A program made the position numbers and the translations under genes. The notes beneath the pieces were generated by a model that made no database searches, was not told the origin of the DNA, and saw nothing but the letters and a program-made list of their open reading frames with translations. A stretch of DNA of 34,370 nucleotides from Coriobacteriaceae bacterium (GTDB taxonomy: Bacteria > Actinomycetota > Coriobacteriia > Coriobacteriales > UBA8131). Below are positions 1-9,931 of this stretch, one piece after another (within the stretch, counting starts at the first letter, position 1; every line of letters starts with the position of its first letter). Where the stretch lies: contig JAAYYH010000075.1 of NCBI GenBank assembly GCA_012515495.1, positions 1 through 34,370 of the forward strand. Reading direction: 5' to 3'.

Positions 1-16
1 AATACGCGGTTCACGC

Positions 17-44
17 TTGCCAAGCCATCACGTTTTGCTAATAT
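17..44 (+). promoter_or_regulatory. Putative sigma-70-type promoter for tRNA-Pro
   Basis: TTGCCA (17-22), 16-nt spacer, TAATAT (39-44). This is about 12 nt upstream of the tRNA 5' end. The tRNA-Tyr operon promoter in this window uses the same -10 hexamer. Confidence 0.45.
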
Positions 45-56
45 ATTCTGCTGCAA

Positions 57-133
<77 letters not shown>

Positions 134-299
134 GTTATTGAGGCAGACGGTAAAAATCCATCTTGAGAAGCAGATTTGCAGGTAGTGCGAAAATGCTTAT
201 GAATATGACAATATTAGAACACTACATATAGCACTAGTAAGCTATTTCCAGACACAAGTATGCTCTCCTGCTCGAGAGAACACCCCTCCAATCTTCGCA

Positions 300-575
300 C
301 TAGTTGAAATTTTGCTCCACTGGGGAGAAAATGCGGAAATTGGTTCGCTTGACTTGTTCGAATATTCCGTCACATAGATAAAAGTTCCCTAATCCAGTGT
401 GCTTTTCACTATCACAGACTTGGGCCCTGTAGAGTGCGCGTGGGTCTTTATCGGTTGATGCCCAGCTCCGCTGTCTTTTGTGAATCTCAAAGGTAATCGA
501 GCTGGTAGAATAGCTTATATGGTTCAAAGTATTGTGACGCTGTGTATGGCAAGCGCATCTTGGGTCGATACTCAA
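300..575 (-). CDS. Hypothetical orphan ORF (91 aa) in AT-rich segment; possibly a gene remnant
   Basis: It is the only ORF over 60 aa in the AT-rich 134-700 segment. It has a TTG start, no internal Met, no obvious RBS and no family motif I recognise. Confidence 0.2.
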   Translation of the reverse strand: MSIDPRCACHTQRHNTLNHISYSTSSITFEIHKRQRSWASTDKDPRALYRAQVCDSEKHTGLGNFYLCDGIFEQVKRTNFRIFSPVEQNFN

Positions 576-712
576 TTACATACTATATGGATAAGGAGCA
601 GCCATGTATCTAAAGATGAGCGATAATCAACTAAAAAGACTACAACGACATCAATTCGAGTTTGAAGATTGACTAACAGGAAACGATTTTAGGAGGTCAG
701 GAAGGGATTTCG

Positions 713-1912
713 ATGACTGACTCAAATTACAAGGACATGGAGGATAGCATGACTGAGGACAACACTGAGAATAGGACTGCAGGTGGAATCGGTAGTCTGG
801 TAGATAACGTACCAAAGCTGGGGTTTGGCTTGATGCGGTTACCACGGATCGACGGTGGTAATGACATCGATACCGAGCAGCTCAAGGAAATGGTCGACCT
901 CTTCCTGAGCAAGGGTTTCACCTATTTTGATACTGCTTATGGCTATGAAGGTTCGGAGGCAGCCATCGCGGAAGCACTGGTGCAACGCCATCCACGCGAA
1001 AGCTACCTTCTGGCGACCAAGCTTCCGGCTTGGAAAGCGAAGACCACCGCAGATGCAGAGCAGATGTTCTGGACCTCATTGGAACGTACGGGTGCGGGCT
1101 ATTTCGACTATTACCTGCTTCATAACCTGGGGGCCGACAGGACTCATACCTTCGATGATTTTGGCATCTGGGACTTTCTCGCCAAACAGAAGCAGAGCGG
1201 GCTTATCCGCCATCTGGGTTTCTCCTTCCATGACAAGGCATCTCTGCTGGATGAGGTGCTGAGTAAGCATCCCGAAGTTGACTTCGTGCAGCTACAGTTG
1301 AATTATGCGGATTGGGAGAATCCGATGGTTGAATCGCGCAAATGCTATGAGACCGCGCGTCGTCACAACAAGCCCATCGTCATCATGGAACCTGTAAAGG
1401 GTGGCGCTTTGACCACCCTGCCTGACGCAGCTGTAGCGGTGCTGCGAAAGGCGAATCCCAAGGCATCGCTGGCTTCATGGGCGATTCGCTTCGCGGCTTC
1501 ATTGGATGGCGTTATCACGGTATTGAGCGGGATGTCGAATATGGATCAGATGCGCGATAACGTATCCTTCATGAAGGATTTCAGACCTCTGGACGAGCAG
1601 GAGCAAGAGGTTATTGTCAAAGCTCGTATCGAGATCGAGAAAGTACCGATCGTACCCTGCACCTCTTGTGGCTACTGCTTGCCAGAGTGTCCACAAAACA
1701 TCGCTATTCCCGGCATATTCGAGGCCATGAACAATCTTTTACTATATGGCAATAAGCGCAGCTGTTCGTTCACCTATACGTGGAATACAAGACTCCAGGG
1801 GAAGGGAGTAGCTTCGGATTGTATCGAGTGTGGTGCCTGCGAAGCTGTCTGTACACAGCATATAGCGATTATCGAGGAGTTAAAACGTGCCAGCGATATG
1901 TTTGGTGAATAG
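713..1912 (+). CDS. Aldo/keto reductase family oxidoreductase with C-terminal 4Fe-4S ferredoxin-type domain
   Basis: AKR-like N-terminus (LGFGLMRLP, FDTAYGYEGSE, ATKLP, YYLLH). The C-terminus carries two Cys clusters, CTSCGYCLPECP and CIECGACEAVC. AGGAGG/GGAAGGG lies upstream of ATG 713. The ~30-aa N-terminal extension leaves the exact start uncertain. Confidence 0.85.
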   Translation: MTDSNYKDMEDSMTEDNTENRTAGGIGSLVDNVPKLGFGLMRLPRIDGGNDIDTEQLKEMVDLFLSKGFTYFDTAYGYEGSEAAIAEALVQRHPRESYLLATKLPAWKAKTTADAEQMFWTSLERTGAGYFDYYLLHNLGADRTHTFDDFGIWDFLAKQKQSGLIRHLGFSFHDKASLLDEVLSKHPEVDFVQLQLNYADWENPMVESRKCYETARRHNKPIVIMEPVKGGALTTLPDAAVAVLRKANPKASLASWAIRFAASLDGVITVLSGMSNMDQMRDNVSFMKDFRPLDEQEQEVIVKARIEIEKVPIVPCTSCGYCLPECPQNIAIPGIFEAMNNLLLYGNKRSCSFTYTWNTRLQGKGVASDCIECGACEAVCTQHIAIIEELKRASDMFGE

Positions 1913-2072
1913 TCCTGTATCATACTGTCGTCGAGACAGTCGTTGAACTCGATCAAATCATCAGTATCTGACAGCAGGAAGTCAATCGGCAAGGAATTGA
2001 CAACAGGAAGCTGAAGGATGGTGCCAAAGGATAATTCGCGAGTTGCTGAGCGAAATGAGAGATTGACATGAA

Positions 2073-2643
2073 ATGGACCGGCGGCGGCAAAGCAGTAATG
2101 TCGAAGATAGACGAATGTCTAAGGGAGCTAAAGGCGCCCTTGGTGGTGTAGGCGGTCTGATCGTTATCGGATTGTTGGTTTTTGGCCTGTTCACTGGTAC
2201 TGATACCTCAGGATTGATCAATCTCGCACAAACAGTTGGCGTTGGCAATCATCAGACGGAGAGCCAAGAGCTGACGGCAGGCGAACAGCGGCACAACCGC
2301 TTCTGCGGCTACGGGACCCTTCTATATGCCTGATGAAGAGACCGTCTATCTTGATATGTCATTCTTCGATTAACTGAAGGTCGAATTCGGTGCCAAGACC
2401 AAACAGGATGTCAGTGCCGATAGCGGTGATTTCGTGGTCGCTTATGTCATAGCGCACGAAGTGGATCATCACGTGCAAAAGCAGCTGGGTATCCTCGATG
2501 CGGCTTCCGATCTTCAGGCTCACAGTAGCACGAAGGAGGCTAATCGCCTCAATGTGGCGATGGAGTTGCAGGCTGACTTCTTCGCCGGTGTGTTCGCCAA
2601 TCAGAAGCGAAAGGTGGAGATTTTAGGATACTCGCTTTCGTGA
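2073..2643 (+). pseudogene. Decayed YpfJ-like neutral zinc metallopeptidase (PF04228-type) gene
   Basis: Fragment 1 (frame of 2073) has the family N-terminus RRRQSSNVEDRR plus a TM helix. The downstream reading GPFYMPDEETVYLDMSFFD and GDFVVAYVIAHEVDHHVQ...ELQADFFAGVF is in a different frame. It is interrupted by an in-frame TAA at 2371-2373. The central ~100 aa are missing, the zinc motif is HEVDHH instead of HEVGHH, and the C-terminus is truncated. Confidence 0.75.
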
Positions 2644-2747
2644 CGTGCTTCCGTCTCACGATGTTGATCAGTTAATGATGCGCACTCGTTTCGCGACGGA
2701 CATTCAGCTCGAGATATCTGTCGACTTTATCCAGGTATAATGGGCGT

Positions 2748-3461
2748 ATGCAATCTTTCCTGTACTTCTTCGGCCATGGGTTTTGTCATCAGCTACCATC
2801 GCGCTCGTTTATGGTCGATGGGCTGTTCTTCTCGGTCTGCTCGCGTGACACTGGGATCTACCTTGGTCTGGCTTTGGCCATCGTAGTGGCTTTCTTCCTG
2901 TATCGGCGCATCAGGGAGAAACCCAGCCAACTACCGCCGTTGTCGATAGTGCTGATCTGTGCGCTGCTCGTCCTGCCCATGGCAATCGATGCTATCAGCT
3001 CATATCTGGGCTTCAGAGCTACTACTAACACTATCCGCTATATCACCGGTCTGTTAGCCGGGATTGGATTGGGCACCTTGGTAGTCCCTTCGCTCTTTGG
3101 TCTCACCAGATATGCTCGCGCTGACCGTCGGATATTCGAAACCGCCGTATCATTCAGCATCTATCTGGCAGCCTGCTTGTTGCCGGCCACTCTGTTCTAC
3201 ATCCTCTATCCGTTGATGGGATTGATCGCGCCCTTGATACCGGTTATTGCCTTCGTCGCTATTCTCAGCATCCTGAACCTGTTGGTCCTTTCAATGAGCA
3301 GCAGACTACAGCCTGATGGCAATTGGCGACGATGGTTGCTGTTAATCGCGCTTTCTTTGGCTATGGCTTTATTCGAGATAGCACTTCTGGGACTGTTGCG
3401 CGAAGCACTATTCGCCTTGCTTCCCGATGGCGTCAATCCCTGGGCTATCATCGGGAGTTGA
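2748..3461 (+). CDS. DUF2085 family integral membrane protein
   Basis: N-terminal signature FCHQLPSRSF...CSRDTGIYLG, typical of DUF2085, followed by multiple hydrophobic helices. TATAAT at 2736-2741 sits directly in front of the ATG. Confidence 0.7.
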   Translation: MQSFLYFFGHGFCHQLPSRSFMVDGLFFSVCSRDTGIYLGLALAIVVAFFLYRRIREKPSQLPPLSIVLICALLVLPMAIDAISSYLGFRATTNTIRYITGLLAGIGLGTLVVPSLFGLTRYARADRRIFETAVSFSIYLAACLLPATLFYILYPLMGLIAPLIPVIAFVAILSILNLLVLSMSSRLQPDGNWRRWLLLIALSLAMALFEIALLGLLREALFALLPDGVNPWAIIGS

Positions 3462-3692
3462 GGTAAGTTGTCAGACATACTGCATCAAGAGATGCTCCGA
3501 CGGGCATCAAAAGTGATTCGACCGTTGGATTGAATGCGTCACCACGGCTGGTTCAACGCGCTGTGACCACGGCATCTCCATAAGTTTTATAGCGGTTTGC
3601 AAAGACAGAATCTGCAATTAGTGGTAACCTATCACCTTGCAATATCCGATTACAAGGTAGACAGCTTGTATCTGTGACTCCTGGAGGCACGT

Positions 3693-3926
3693 ATGAAAGT
3701 ATTTGGATTGGGCTTGCCCGAACTTATCATCATCCTCGTGGTGGCCTTGCTGATATTCGGCCCCAAGAATCTTCCAAAACTCGGTAGCGCGCTGGGTAAG
3801 ACCGTCAAAGGCGTTCGTGATGGACTTGAGGGCAAAGGCGAGCTTGAAGAGGGCACTGTAGAGGAAGAAGAATTCGAAGAAGAAGCTCCTAAGCCAAAAG
3901 CTAAGGCTACTACAAAGAAGAAGTAA
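3693..3926 (+). CDS. tatA: Twin-arginine translocase subunit TatA/E
   Basis: MKVFGLGLPELIIILVVALLIFGPKNLPKLGSALGK is the TM helix plus amphipathic helix hallmark. The tail is acidic/basic. GGAGG lies 6 nt upstream of the ATG. Confidence 0.9.
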   Translation: MKVFGLGLPELIIILVVALLIFGPKNLPKLGSALGKTVKGVRDGLEGKGELEEGTVEEEEFEEEAPKPKAKATTKKK

Positions 3927-4024
3927 CTCCCCTCATCTCACAGTAGCTCGCGGCGTGCGTGACGTTTTGTTGCGTATGCCGCTTACTTTTATTCTTTGAC
4001 CGACAGACGAGGAGACAGAACCCA

Positions 4025-4495
4025 ATGCCAAAGGAAATCATACTCACACAAGAAGGTCGCGAGAAGCTGGAACGGGAACTGTTCATATTGGAGACAGAGA
4101 AGCGACCTCAGATAGGCGAACGGATCAAGATCGCCAGAGAATTCGGCGACATCTCCGAGAATTCCGAATATGATGATGCCAAGAACGAGCAGGCATGGAT
4201 GGAAGGCAGGATAGCCGAGATCTCCCAGATTCTTGCCAACGCCACAATCGTTGAGGCGCCCAAGCGCTCGAACAAGGTAGCGATTGGCAGCGTTGTCACG
4301 GTGGAGATGGCCGATAAGAGCGAGCGTGTCTTCACCATAGTAGGCGCGGCTGAAGCGGACACCTCTGCTGGTCGTATCTCCAATGAGTCTCCGGTAGGGG
4401 CTGCCCTACTGGGAGCGAGGAAAGGAGATGTCGTTAGCGCTGAGGGGCCAACGGGCAGGAAGCTCTCTTTCACGATCCTGAAGATCAGCAGGTGA
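4025..4495 (+). CDS. greA: Transcription elongation factor GreA
   Basis: MPKEIILTQEGREKLERELFILE...REFGDISENSEYDDAK is the coiled-coil finger motif, followed by a C-terminal FKBP-like domain. I chose internal ATG 4025 (156 aa) over the track start 3959, whose 22 extra residues are Cys/Leu-rich and non-homologous. Confidence 0.92.
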   Translation: MPKEIILTQEGREKLERELFILETEKRPQIGERIKIAREFGDISENSEYDDAKNEQAWMEGRIAEISQILANATIVEAPKRSNKVAIGSVVTVEMADKSERVFTIVGAAEADTSAGRISNESPVGAALLGARKGDVVSAEGPTGRKLSFTILKISR

Positions 4496-4500
4496 TATGG

Positions 4501-5973
4501 ATGGACGAAGACGATCCCATTGAAGTACGCAAGGCCAAGCGTCTCTCACTGATCGAGCGTGGTGAGGAGCCTTACGCACGGCGTTTTGACATCGACGCTC
4601 ATGTTCGTCAACTCGAAGAGCGTTATGAGCAGCTAGCCGATGGCGAATCAACAGCAGATGAGGTCCATGTCGCTGGTCGTATCACGGCAATACGCGACCA
4701 GGGAAAGATCGCCTTCATTGTCGTGCGCGACGCGACCGGAGACATCCAGCTGTTTTGTCGTATCAACGAGCTGGGTGAGGAGGCTTTTGAGCAGCTGAGG
4801 GAGCTCGATATTGGTGACTGGGTCGGCGTCAAAGGTCTGATCATGCGCACCAAGCGCGGTCAGCTCTCCATAGCGCCGCAGCAGGTAACGCTGCTAACCA
4901 AGTCACTCAGGCCACTGCCAGAGAAATTCCATGGTCTGGCCGACAAGGAGACCCGCTATCGTCAGCGCTATGTCGACTTGGTGATGAATCCGGATGTCAA
5001 GAAGACCTTCGAGGTCCGCTTCAGGGTTATCAGTGCCATTCGCAGGGCAGCAGAAGCTCAAGGCTTCATCGAAGTCGAGACTCCGATGCTACACCCGATT
5101 CCCGGCGGAGCGACAGCTAGACCCTTCGTGACGCACCATAACGCCTTGGACCGCGACTACTATCTGCGAATCGCCCCCGAACTCTATCTTAAACGGTTGC
5201 TCGTAGGTGGTTTTGAGCGCGTCTTTGAGATCAATCGTTCATTTCGCAATGAAGGTATGGACCATTCGCATAATCCAGAGTTCACCATGCTCGAGGCTTA
5301 TCAAGCCTATACCGACGTCGACGGCATCGCCGATTTCACTCGTGATCTGATTCAGGCTGCCTGCTTGGCAGCAACAGGGGAGTTGCGCCTCAACTACCAA
5401 GGCTTAGACGTCGATTTGAGCGGGAAATGGCGCAAAGCGACGATGATCCAATTGGTCAGCGATCAGATTGGCGAAGAGGTCGATTTCAACCGGACGCTCG
5501 ATGACCTGCAAATGTTAGCGAAACGATACCGAATAGACATTCAGAAGTCATGGGGTAAAGGTAAGATAATCGCGGAACTGTTCGACGAATTGGTTGAAGC
5601 AAGTCTGGTCCAGCCAACGTTCGTTACCCAATACCCGCTGGAAACATCGCCACTGGCAAAGAAGAATGCGGATGATCCCGATGTTACCGATAGATTCGAG
5701 TTATTCATCTGTGGCAGGGAGTGCGCCAATGGGTTCTCTGAACTCAATGACCCTGTTGACCAACGGGATCGATTCGCCGCTCAGGTTGCGGCTAAAGCAG
5801 CCGGAGACGATGAAGCCATGGGTTATGACGAGGATTATATCCGTGCCCTTGAGTATGGGATGCCACCAGCAGGTGGAGTGGGCATTGGTATCGACAGGCT
5901 GGTGATGTTATTGACCGATGCGCCATCCATCAGAGACGTCCTGCTGTTCCCACATATGAGAGACGAGAACTGA
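4501..5973 (+). CDS. lysS: Lysine--tRNA ligase (class II)
   Basis: OB-fold N-domain (GRITAIRDQGKIAFIVVRD). Class II motifs include FRNEGMDHSHNPEFTMLE and GGVGIGIDRLVMLLT. The start is ATG 4501, or GTG 4492 overlapping the greA stop. Confidence 0.95.
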   Translation: MDEDDPIEVRKAKRLSLIERGEEPYARRFDIDAHVRQLEERYEQLADGESTADEVHVAGRITAIRDQGKIAFIVVRDATGDIQLFCRINELGEEAFEQLRELDIGDWVGVKGLIMRTKRGQLSIAPQQVTLLTKSLRPLPEKFHGLADKETRYRQRYVDLVMNPDVKKTFEVRFRVISAIRRAAEAQGFIEVETPMLHPIPGGATARPFVTHHNALDRDYYLRIAPELYLKRLLVGGFERVFEINRSFRNEGMDHSHNPEFTMLEAYQAYTDVDGIADFTRDLIQAACLAATGELRLNYQGLDVDLSGKWRKATMIQLVSDQIGEEVDFNRTLDDLQMLAKRYRIDIQKSWGKGKIIAELFDELVEASLVQPTFVTQYPLETSPLAKKNADDPDVTDRFELFICGRECANGFSELNDPVDQRDRFAAQVAAKAAGDDEAMGYDEDYIRALEYGMPPAGGVGIGIDRLVMLLTDAPSIRDVLLFPHMRDEN

Positions 5974-5996
5974 ACAGATAAACGGAAGGGGGAGCT

Positions 5997-8576
5997 ATGG
6001 CATTCGAGAGATTCACTGACAAGGCACGCAATGTGCTGGCATTGGCTCAGGAAGAGGCTCGCTCACTCAAACAACCCTACGTTGGCACAGAGCATATGCT
6101 CTTGGGGCTGCTGCGCGAGCGCGAGGGTCTTGCCGCCCAAGCTCTGAGCAACCTCAGCATCACCTACGAACAGGTGCTGGCACAGGTGAAGACCATCATA
6201 GAGGTCGATCCCAATGCCCCAACCGGGCATTTGAGCTTCACGCCGCGCGTCAAACGCGTGCTGGAGTTCGCTTTGCGTGAGACCATGCAACTGGGACAGA
6301 ATTACATCTCCACGGAGCATCTATTGCTGGGTATCGTCCGCGAGGGCAACGGCGTGGCTATCCAGGCCTTATCGCAGATGGGTATCGACGCATCGATGGT
6401 CAAGGGCGCCCTGATGGATCTGTTACATCAGACAAGCTCATACGCCGGGCCGCAGGATTACATGGACGAGGACTACAACGAAAGCGGCGACATCCTTGAG
6501 GAGTTTGGCACAAATCTCACTCAGCAGGCTCAGGAGGGTAAGCTGGATCCGGTGGTTGGCCGCGAGGCTGAGATTGAACGCGTGATGCAGATCCTGTCCC
6601 GTCGCACGAAGAACAACCCACTGCTTCTGGGCGATCCAGGCGTGGGTAAGACAGCTATCGCCGAGGGCTTGGCTCAGTTGATCGCCAGCGAACAGGTGCC
6701 GGATATCCTTCGCCACAAGCAACTGATCACCTTAGATGTTGCAGCTCTGGTAGCTGGTTCCAAATACCGTGGAGAATTCGAAGATCGCCTGAAGAAAGTT
6801 GTCAAGGAGGTCAAGGATACCGGCAATATCATCCTGTTCATCGATGAGATGCATACATTGATCGGTGCGGGCAGTGCCGAGGGTTCAATCGATGCCGCCG
6901 CTATCCTCAAACCGCCTCTCAGTCGTGGTGAGATCCAGGTTATCGGAGCGACTACACATGATGAGTACCGCAAACATGTCGAGAAGGACTCGGCTTTGGA
7001 GCGTCGTTTCCAGCCAGTGACAATCAGCGAGCCCACCAGTGAGCAGTCTGTCAAGATCCTCGAGGGTCTCCGCGACCGTTACGAGGCTCATCACCGTGTG
7101 CGATTCACAGATGAAGCGTTGCAGGCTGCCGTGTCATTGTCCGACCGCTATGTTCAGGATCGCTTCCTGCCTGACAAGGCCATCGATGTCATCGATGAAG
7201 CTGGCGCTCGTATGCGCATCAGGAATATGACAATTCCCTCAGAGGTCCATGACATGGACGAGAAGATCCGCAAGGTCAGGGCCGAGAAGGAAGAGGCCAT
7301 CAATATCCAGGACTTCGAGAAGGCTGCCAAACTGCGTGATGACGAGAAACAGCTGATGCAGCAGCGTGAACAGCTGGAGGAGAAATGGCGCGAGAGTACA
7401 TCTCGCAACATCGTCAGTGTCACCGAGAAGGAGATCGCCGATATCATCTCGATGTCAACCGGTGTGCCGGTAGCTGACTTGACCGAAGCTGAGACTGAGA
7501 AGCTGTTGCGCATGGAACAAGTATTGCACGAACGAATCATTGGTCAGGAGGAGGCGGTAAGCGCCATCTCCAAAGCTATCCGCCGTTCACGCGCTGGATT
7601 GAAAGACCCCAAGCGTCCGGCTGGTTCGTTCATCTTCTTAGGCCCCAGTGGCGTAGGCAAGACAGAACTCTCCAAGGCGTTGGCAGAATTCCTCTTCAGC
7701 AGTGAGGAAGCGCTCGTATCCTTTGACATGTCAGAGTATATGGAGAAGCATACCGTATCACGTCTGGTTGGCTCGCCTCCAGGCTATGTGGGCTACGATG
7801 AGGGTGGACAGCTGACTAAGGCTGTCAGGCAGAAGCCGTATTCAGTATTGTTGTTCGACGAGATCGAGAAGGCGCATCCTGATGTCTTCAACATCCTGCT
7901 GCAGATACTCGAAGAGGGTCGCCTGACCGATGGTCAGGGTCGTAAGGTCGACTTCCGCAACACCATCATCATTATGACTTCCAATGTTGGCGCCCGCGAG
8001 ATCGCTCAGGGAACTCCGATTGGTTTCTCGGGATTGGACTCCAAGACCGGCTTGTCGGACAAGGAGATCAACAGCCGCGTGATGACAGAGATGAAGAAGC
8101 TCTTCAGGCCGGAATTCCTCAACCGTATCGATGACATCATCGTCTTCAAGTCGCTGACTAAGGCACAGATCGCTCAGATCGTCGAATTGATGATCTCGGA
8201 TCTGCGTGATCGCCTGATCACCCAGAATATGACTATCAACCTCAGCGATTCGGCTCGTAATTTCATTGCCGAGGAGGGTACCGATGTGACTTTCGGTGCC
8301 AGACCGTTGCGTCGGGCGATCCAAAGGCTGGTGGAAGACCCCATCTCCGAGCAGGTACTTGAGGGAAAGTGGAGATCCGGTGATGTGATCGAGGCCGATT
8401 ACAACGGCGAGGAGATCGTCTTCACACATGGATCAGGCCCGATCCCCGAACCTCGTAAGCGGCAATCCATCGCGCGTGAGCAAGAGTTAGTGACACCGAT
8501 CTTCGGTGCCGCGGCCAACAAAGGTAGCGGATCAGCATCGGGTGGCTCTGGCCTCCAGGCTGAAAACGGGGCATAA
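5997..8576 (+). CDS. clpC: ATP-dependent Clp protease ATP-binding subunit ClpC
   Basis: Duplicated Clp_N repeats. Two AAA+ modules with Walker A sequences GDPGVGKT and [11 protein letters not shown]-like linker ([14 protein letters not shown]). 859 aa. Confidence 0.95.
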   Translation: MAFERFTDKARNVLALAQEEARSLKQPYVGTEHMLLGLLREREGLAAQALSNLSITYEQVLAQVKTIIEVDPNAPTGHLSFTPRVKRVLEFALRETMQLGQNYISTEHLLLGIVREGNGVAIQALSQMGIDASMVKGALMDLLHQTSSYAGPQDYMDEDYNESGDILEEFGTNLTQQAQEGKLDPVVGREAEIERVMQILSRRTKNNPLLLGDPGVGKTAIAEGLAQLIASEQVPDILRHKQLITLDVAALVAGSKYRGEFEDRLKKVVKEVKDTGNIILFIDEMHTLIGAGSAEGSIDAAAILKPPLSRGEIQVIGATTHDEYRKHVEKDSALERRFQPVTISEPTSEQSVKILEGLRDRYEAHHRVRFTDEALQAAVSLSDRYVQDRFLPDKAIDVIDEAGARMRIRNMTIPSEVHDMDEKIRKVRAEKEEAINIQDFEKAAKLRDDEKQLMQQREQLEEKWRESTSRNIVSVTEKEIADIISMSTGVPVADLTEAETEKLLRMEQVLHERIIGQEEAVSAISKAIRRSRAGLKDPKRPAGSFIFLGPSGVGKTELSKALAEFLFSSEEALVSFDMSEYMEKHTVSRLVGSPPGYVGYDEGGQLTKAVRQKPYSVLLFDEIEKAHPDVFNILLQILEEGRLTDGQGRKVDFRNTIIIMTSNVGAREIAQGTPIGFSGLDSKTGLSDKEINSRVMTEMKKLFRPEFLNRIDDIIVFKSLTKAQIAQIVELMISDLRDRLITQNMTINLSDSARNFIAEEGTDVTFGARPLRRAIQRLVEDPISEQVLEGKWRSGDVIEADYNGEEIVFTHGSGPIPEPRKRQSIAREQELVTPIFGAAANKGSGSASGGSGLQAENGA

Positions 8577-8585
8577 TCGACTACG

Positions 8586-8615
8586 AGCGGGATGCATGAT
8601 GTGTCCCGCTTTTTG
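8586..8615 (+). terminator. Rho-independent terminator after clpC
   Basis: Stem AGCGGGA (8586-8592) pairs with TCCCGCT (8604-8610) around an 11-nt loop, followed by TTTTG. Confidence 0.6.
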
Positions 8616-8722
8616 TCTCGACTTTACGGCAACGACGAATCAGCGTTGCCGTGATTTCTGCTATTCTTCAACCTGAGCACTGCAAAAGGGGAAACTTCAC
8701 AATGGAATCGGAAGGGATGACC

Positions 8723-9793
8723 ATGGACAAGGTGCATAAGATAATACCCAAGACCAGCGGAGAGATATTCGATATCGCGGTTAGCAGGATCGCATCTGGT
8801 TCACCCCTTCGAGACACTATCGAAATGATCATCGCCGCGCAGAATGGTGCCTTGATCTGCATGGGCGACGTCAAAGCCATCCTCGAGTTGGGCAATGGTG
8901 GTTTCCGAATCGATGTGCCCTACACCCCTCAAAGACTATTCGAGCTCTCCAAGATGGATGGCGCTATCGTGCTATCAGAGGATGGCTCCCAGATCATCTG
9001 CGCGAACTTCCATCTCAATCCTGACCCCAGTCTGCTCACCTACGAAACCGGAATGCGCCATCGAACCGCCGCGAGGACCAGCGCTCAGACTGACGCTATC
9101 GTCATCGCGATATCCAAGCGACGTACGCAGACGACGATTTACTGCAAGGGAGAAGGCATTAACCTCGATTCCGATGAGATCTTGCTTTCAAAGGGCAACC
9201 AGGGCATCCTCGCTTTACAGAATGCCAAGAATTCTCTAGAGAAAGCCGCTATCCGTCTAACATTCCTCGAATTGGACGACATCGTTACTGCAGTGGACGT
9301 CGCAGCGATCCTCTCTCGCTATGCTAACCTGATGAATCTGGCTGCCCAGACTGAGCGTTTCGTACATTTCCTGGGCAACAACAGTGGACTTCTAGAGATG
9401 CAGCTTGAGGATATCATGGCTGGTGTCACTGATTCGTTCATACTGACTATCCGTGATTACGCTGTGACGGCGGCAGAGCGAGAGGCCAAGCGGATCGCCA
9501 AACTACTGGTTAAGTTGCCGCGAGAGGAGCTGACCATGACAAATGTCATGACCGCCCTGGGGCATACCAAGGTGAAATCCGATGAGGATCATCTTCAAGC
9601 TCGTGGACTTAGGGTGATCTCGCGACTTTCAATGGTCGATGAGGCAGCAGCGGTCCGCATCATCGATGAGTATGGCTCATTATCTGCCATCGTCAGCGAT
9701 TCGAAAGATGGTTTCGACCGTCTGGATAACACCGGTCTGGAGAACGTTAGAGCCATAGCGGCCAGTTTTAAGCAGTTGCGCAGTACACTCTAG
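8723..9793 (+). CDS. disA: DNA integrity scanning protein DisA (diadenylate cyclase)
   Basis: DAC domain motifs DGAIVLSEDG and GMRHRTAARTS, a linker, and a C-terminal HhH region. ATG 8723 has GGAAGGG 6 nt upstream. Alternative starts are 8651 (GTG), 8702 and 8717. Confidence 0.88.
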   Translation: MDKVHKIIPKTSGEIFDIAVSRIASGSPLRDTIEMIIAAQNGALICMGDVKAILELGNGGFRIDVPYTPQRLFELSKMDGAIVLSEDGSQIICANFHLNPDPSLLTYETGMRHRTAARTSAQTDAIVIAISKRRTQTTIYCKGEGINLDSDEILLSKGNQGILALQNAKNSLEKAAIRLTFLELDDIVTAVDVAAILSRYANLMNLAAQTERFVHFLGNNSGLLEMQLEDIMAGVTDSFILTIRDYAVTAAEREAKRIAKLLVKLPREELTMTNVMTALGHTKVKSDEDHLQARGLRVISRLSMVDEAAAVRIIDEYGSLSAIVSDSKDGFDRLDNTGLENVRAIAASFKQLRSTL

Positions 9794-9931
9794 CTACAGC
9801 TAGTGCTGCGACGACAGCTGCAACGCGTCCTGAGGCAGTGTTTCACCGTTTCTGAGGACAGAGAGCAGGGTCTTGAGCCGTTCCATAGGCTATAATGGCA
9901 GGTCATCAGGTACGTGAGGAGAGAGTCGGCC

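Noticed and set aside
3959-4024. The 22 extra N-terminal codons of the greA track ORF (similarly 21044-21076 for tuf, 22349-22465 for rpmG, 24356-24424 for rplA, 26567-26611 for rpoB)
   Set aside because: The extensions are non-homologous to the families. In each case an internal start has a good Shine-Dalgarno sequence and matches the canonical protein N-terminus.
7842-8429. 195-aa minus-strand ORF inside clpC (also 6674-7054 and 7154-7540)
   Set aside because: It is entirely antisense to ClpC, whose frame has unambiguous AAA+ homology. These are shadow ORFs.
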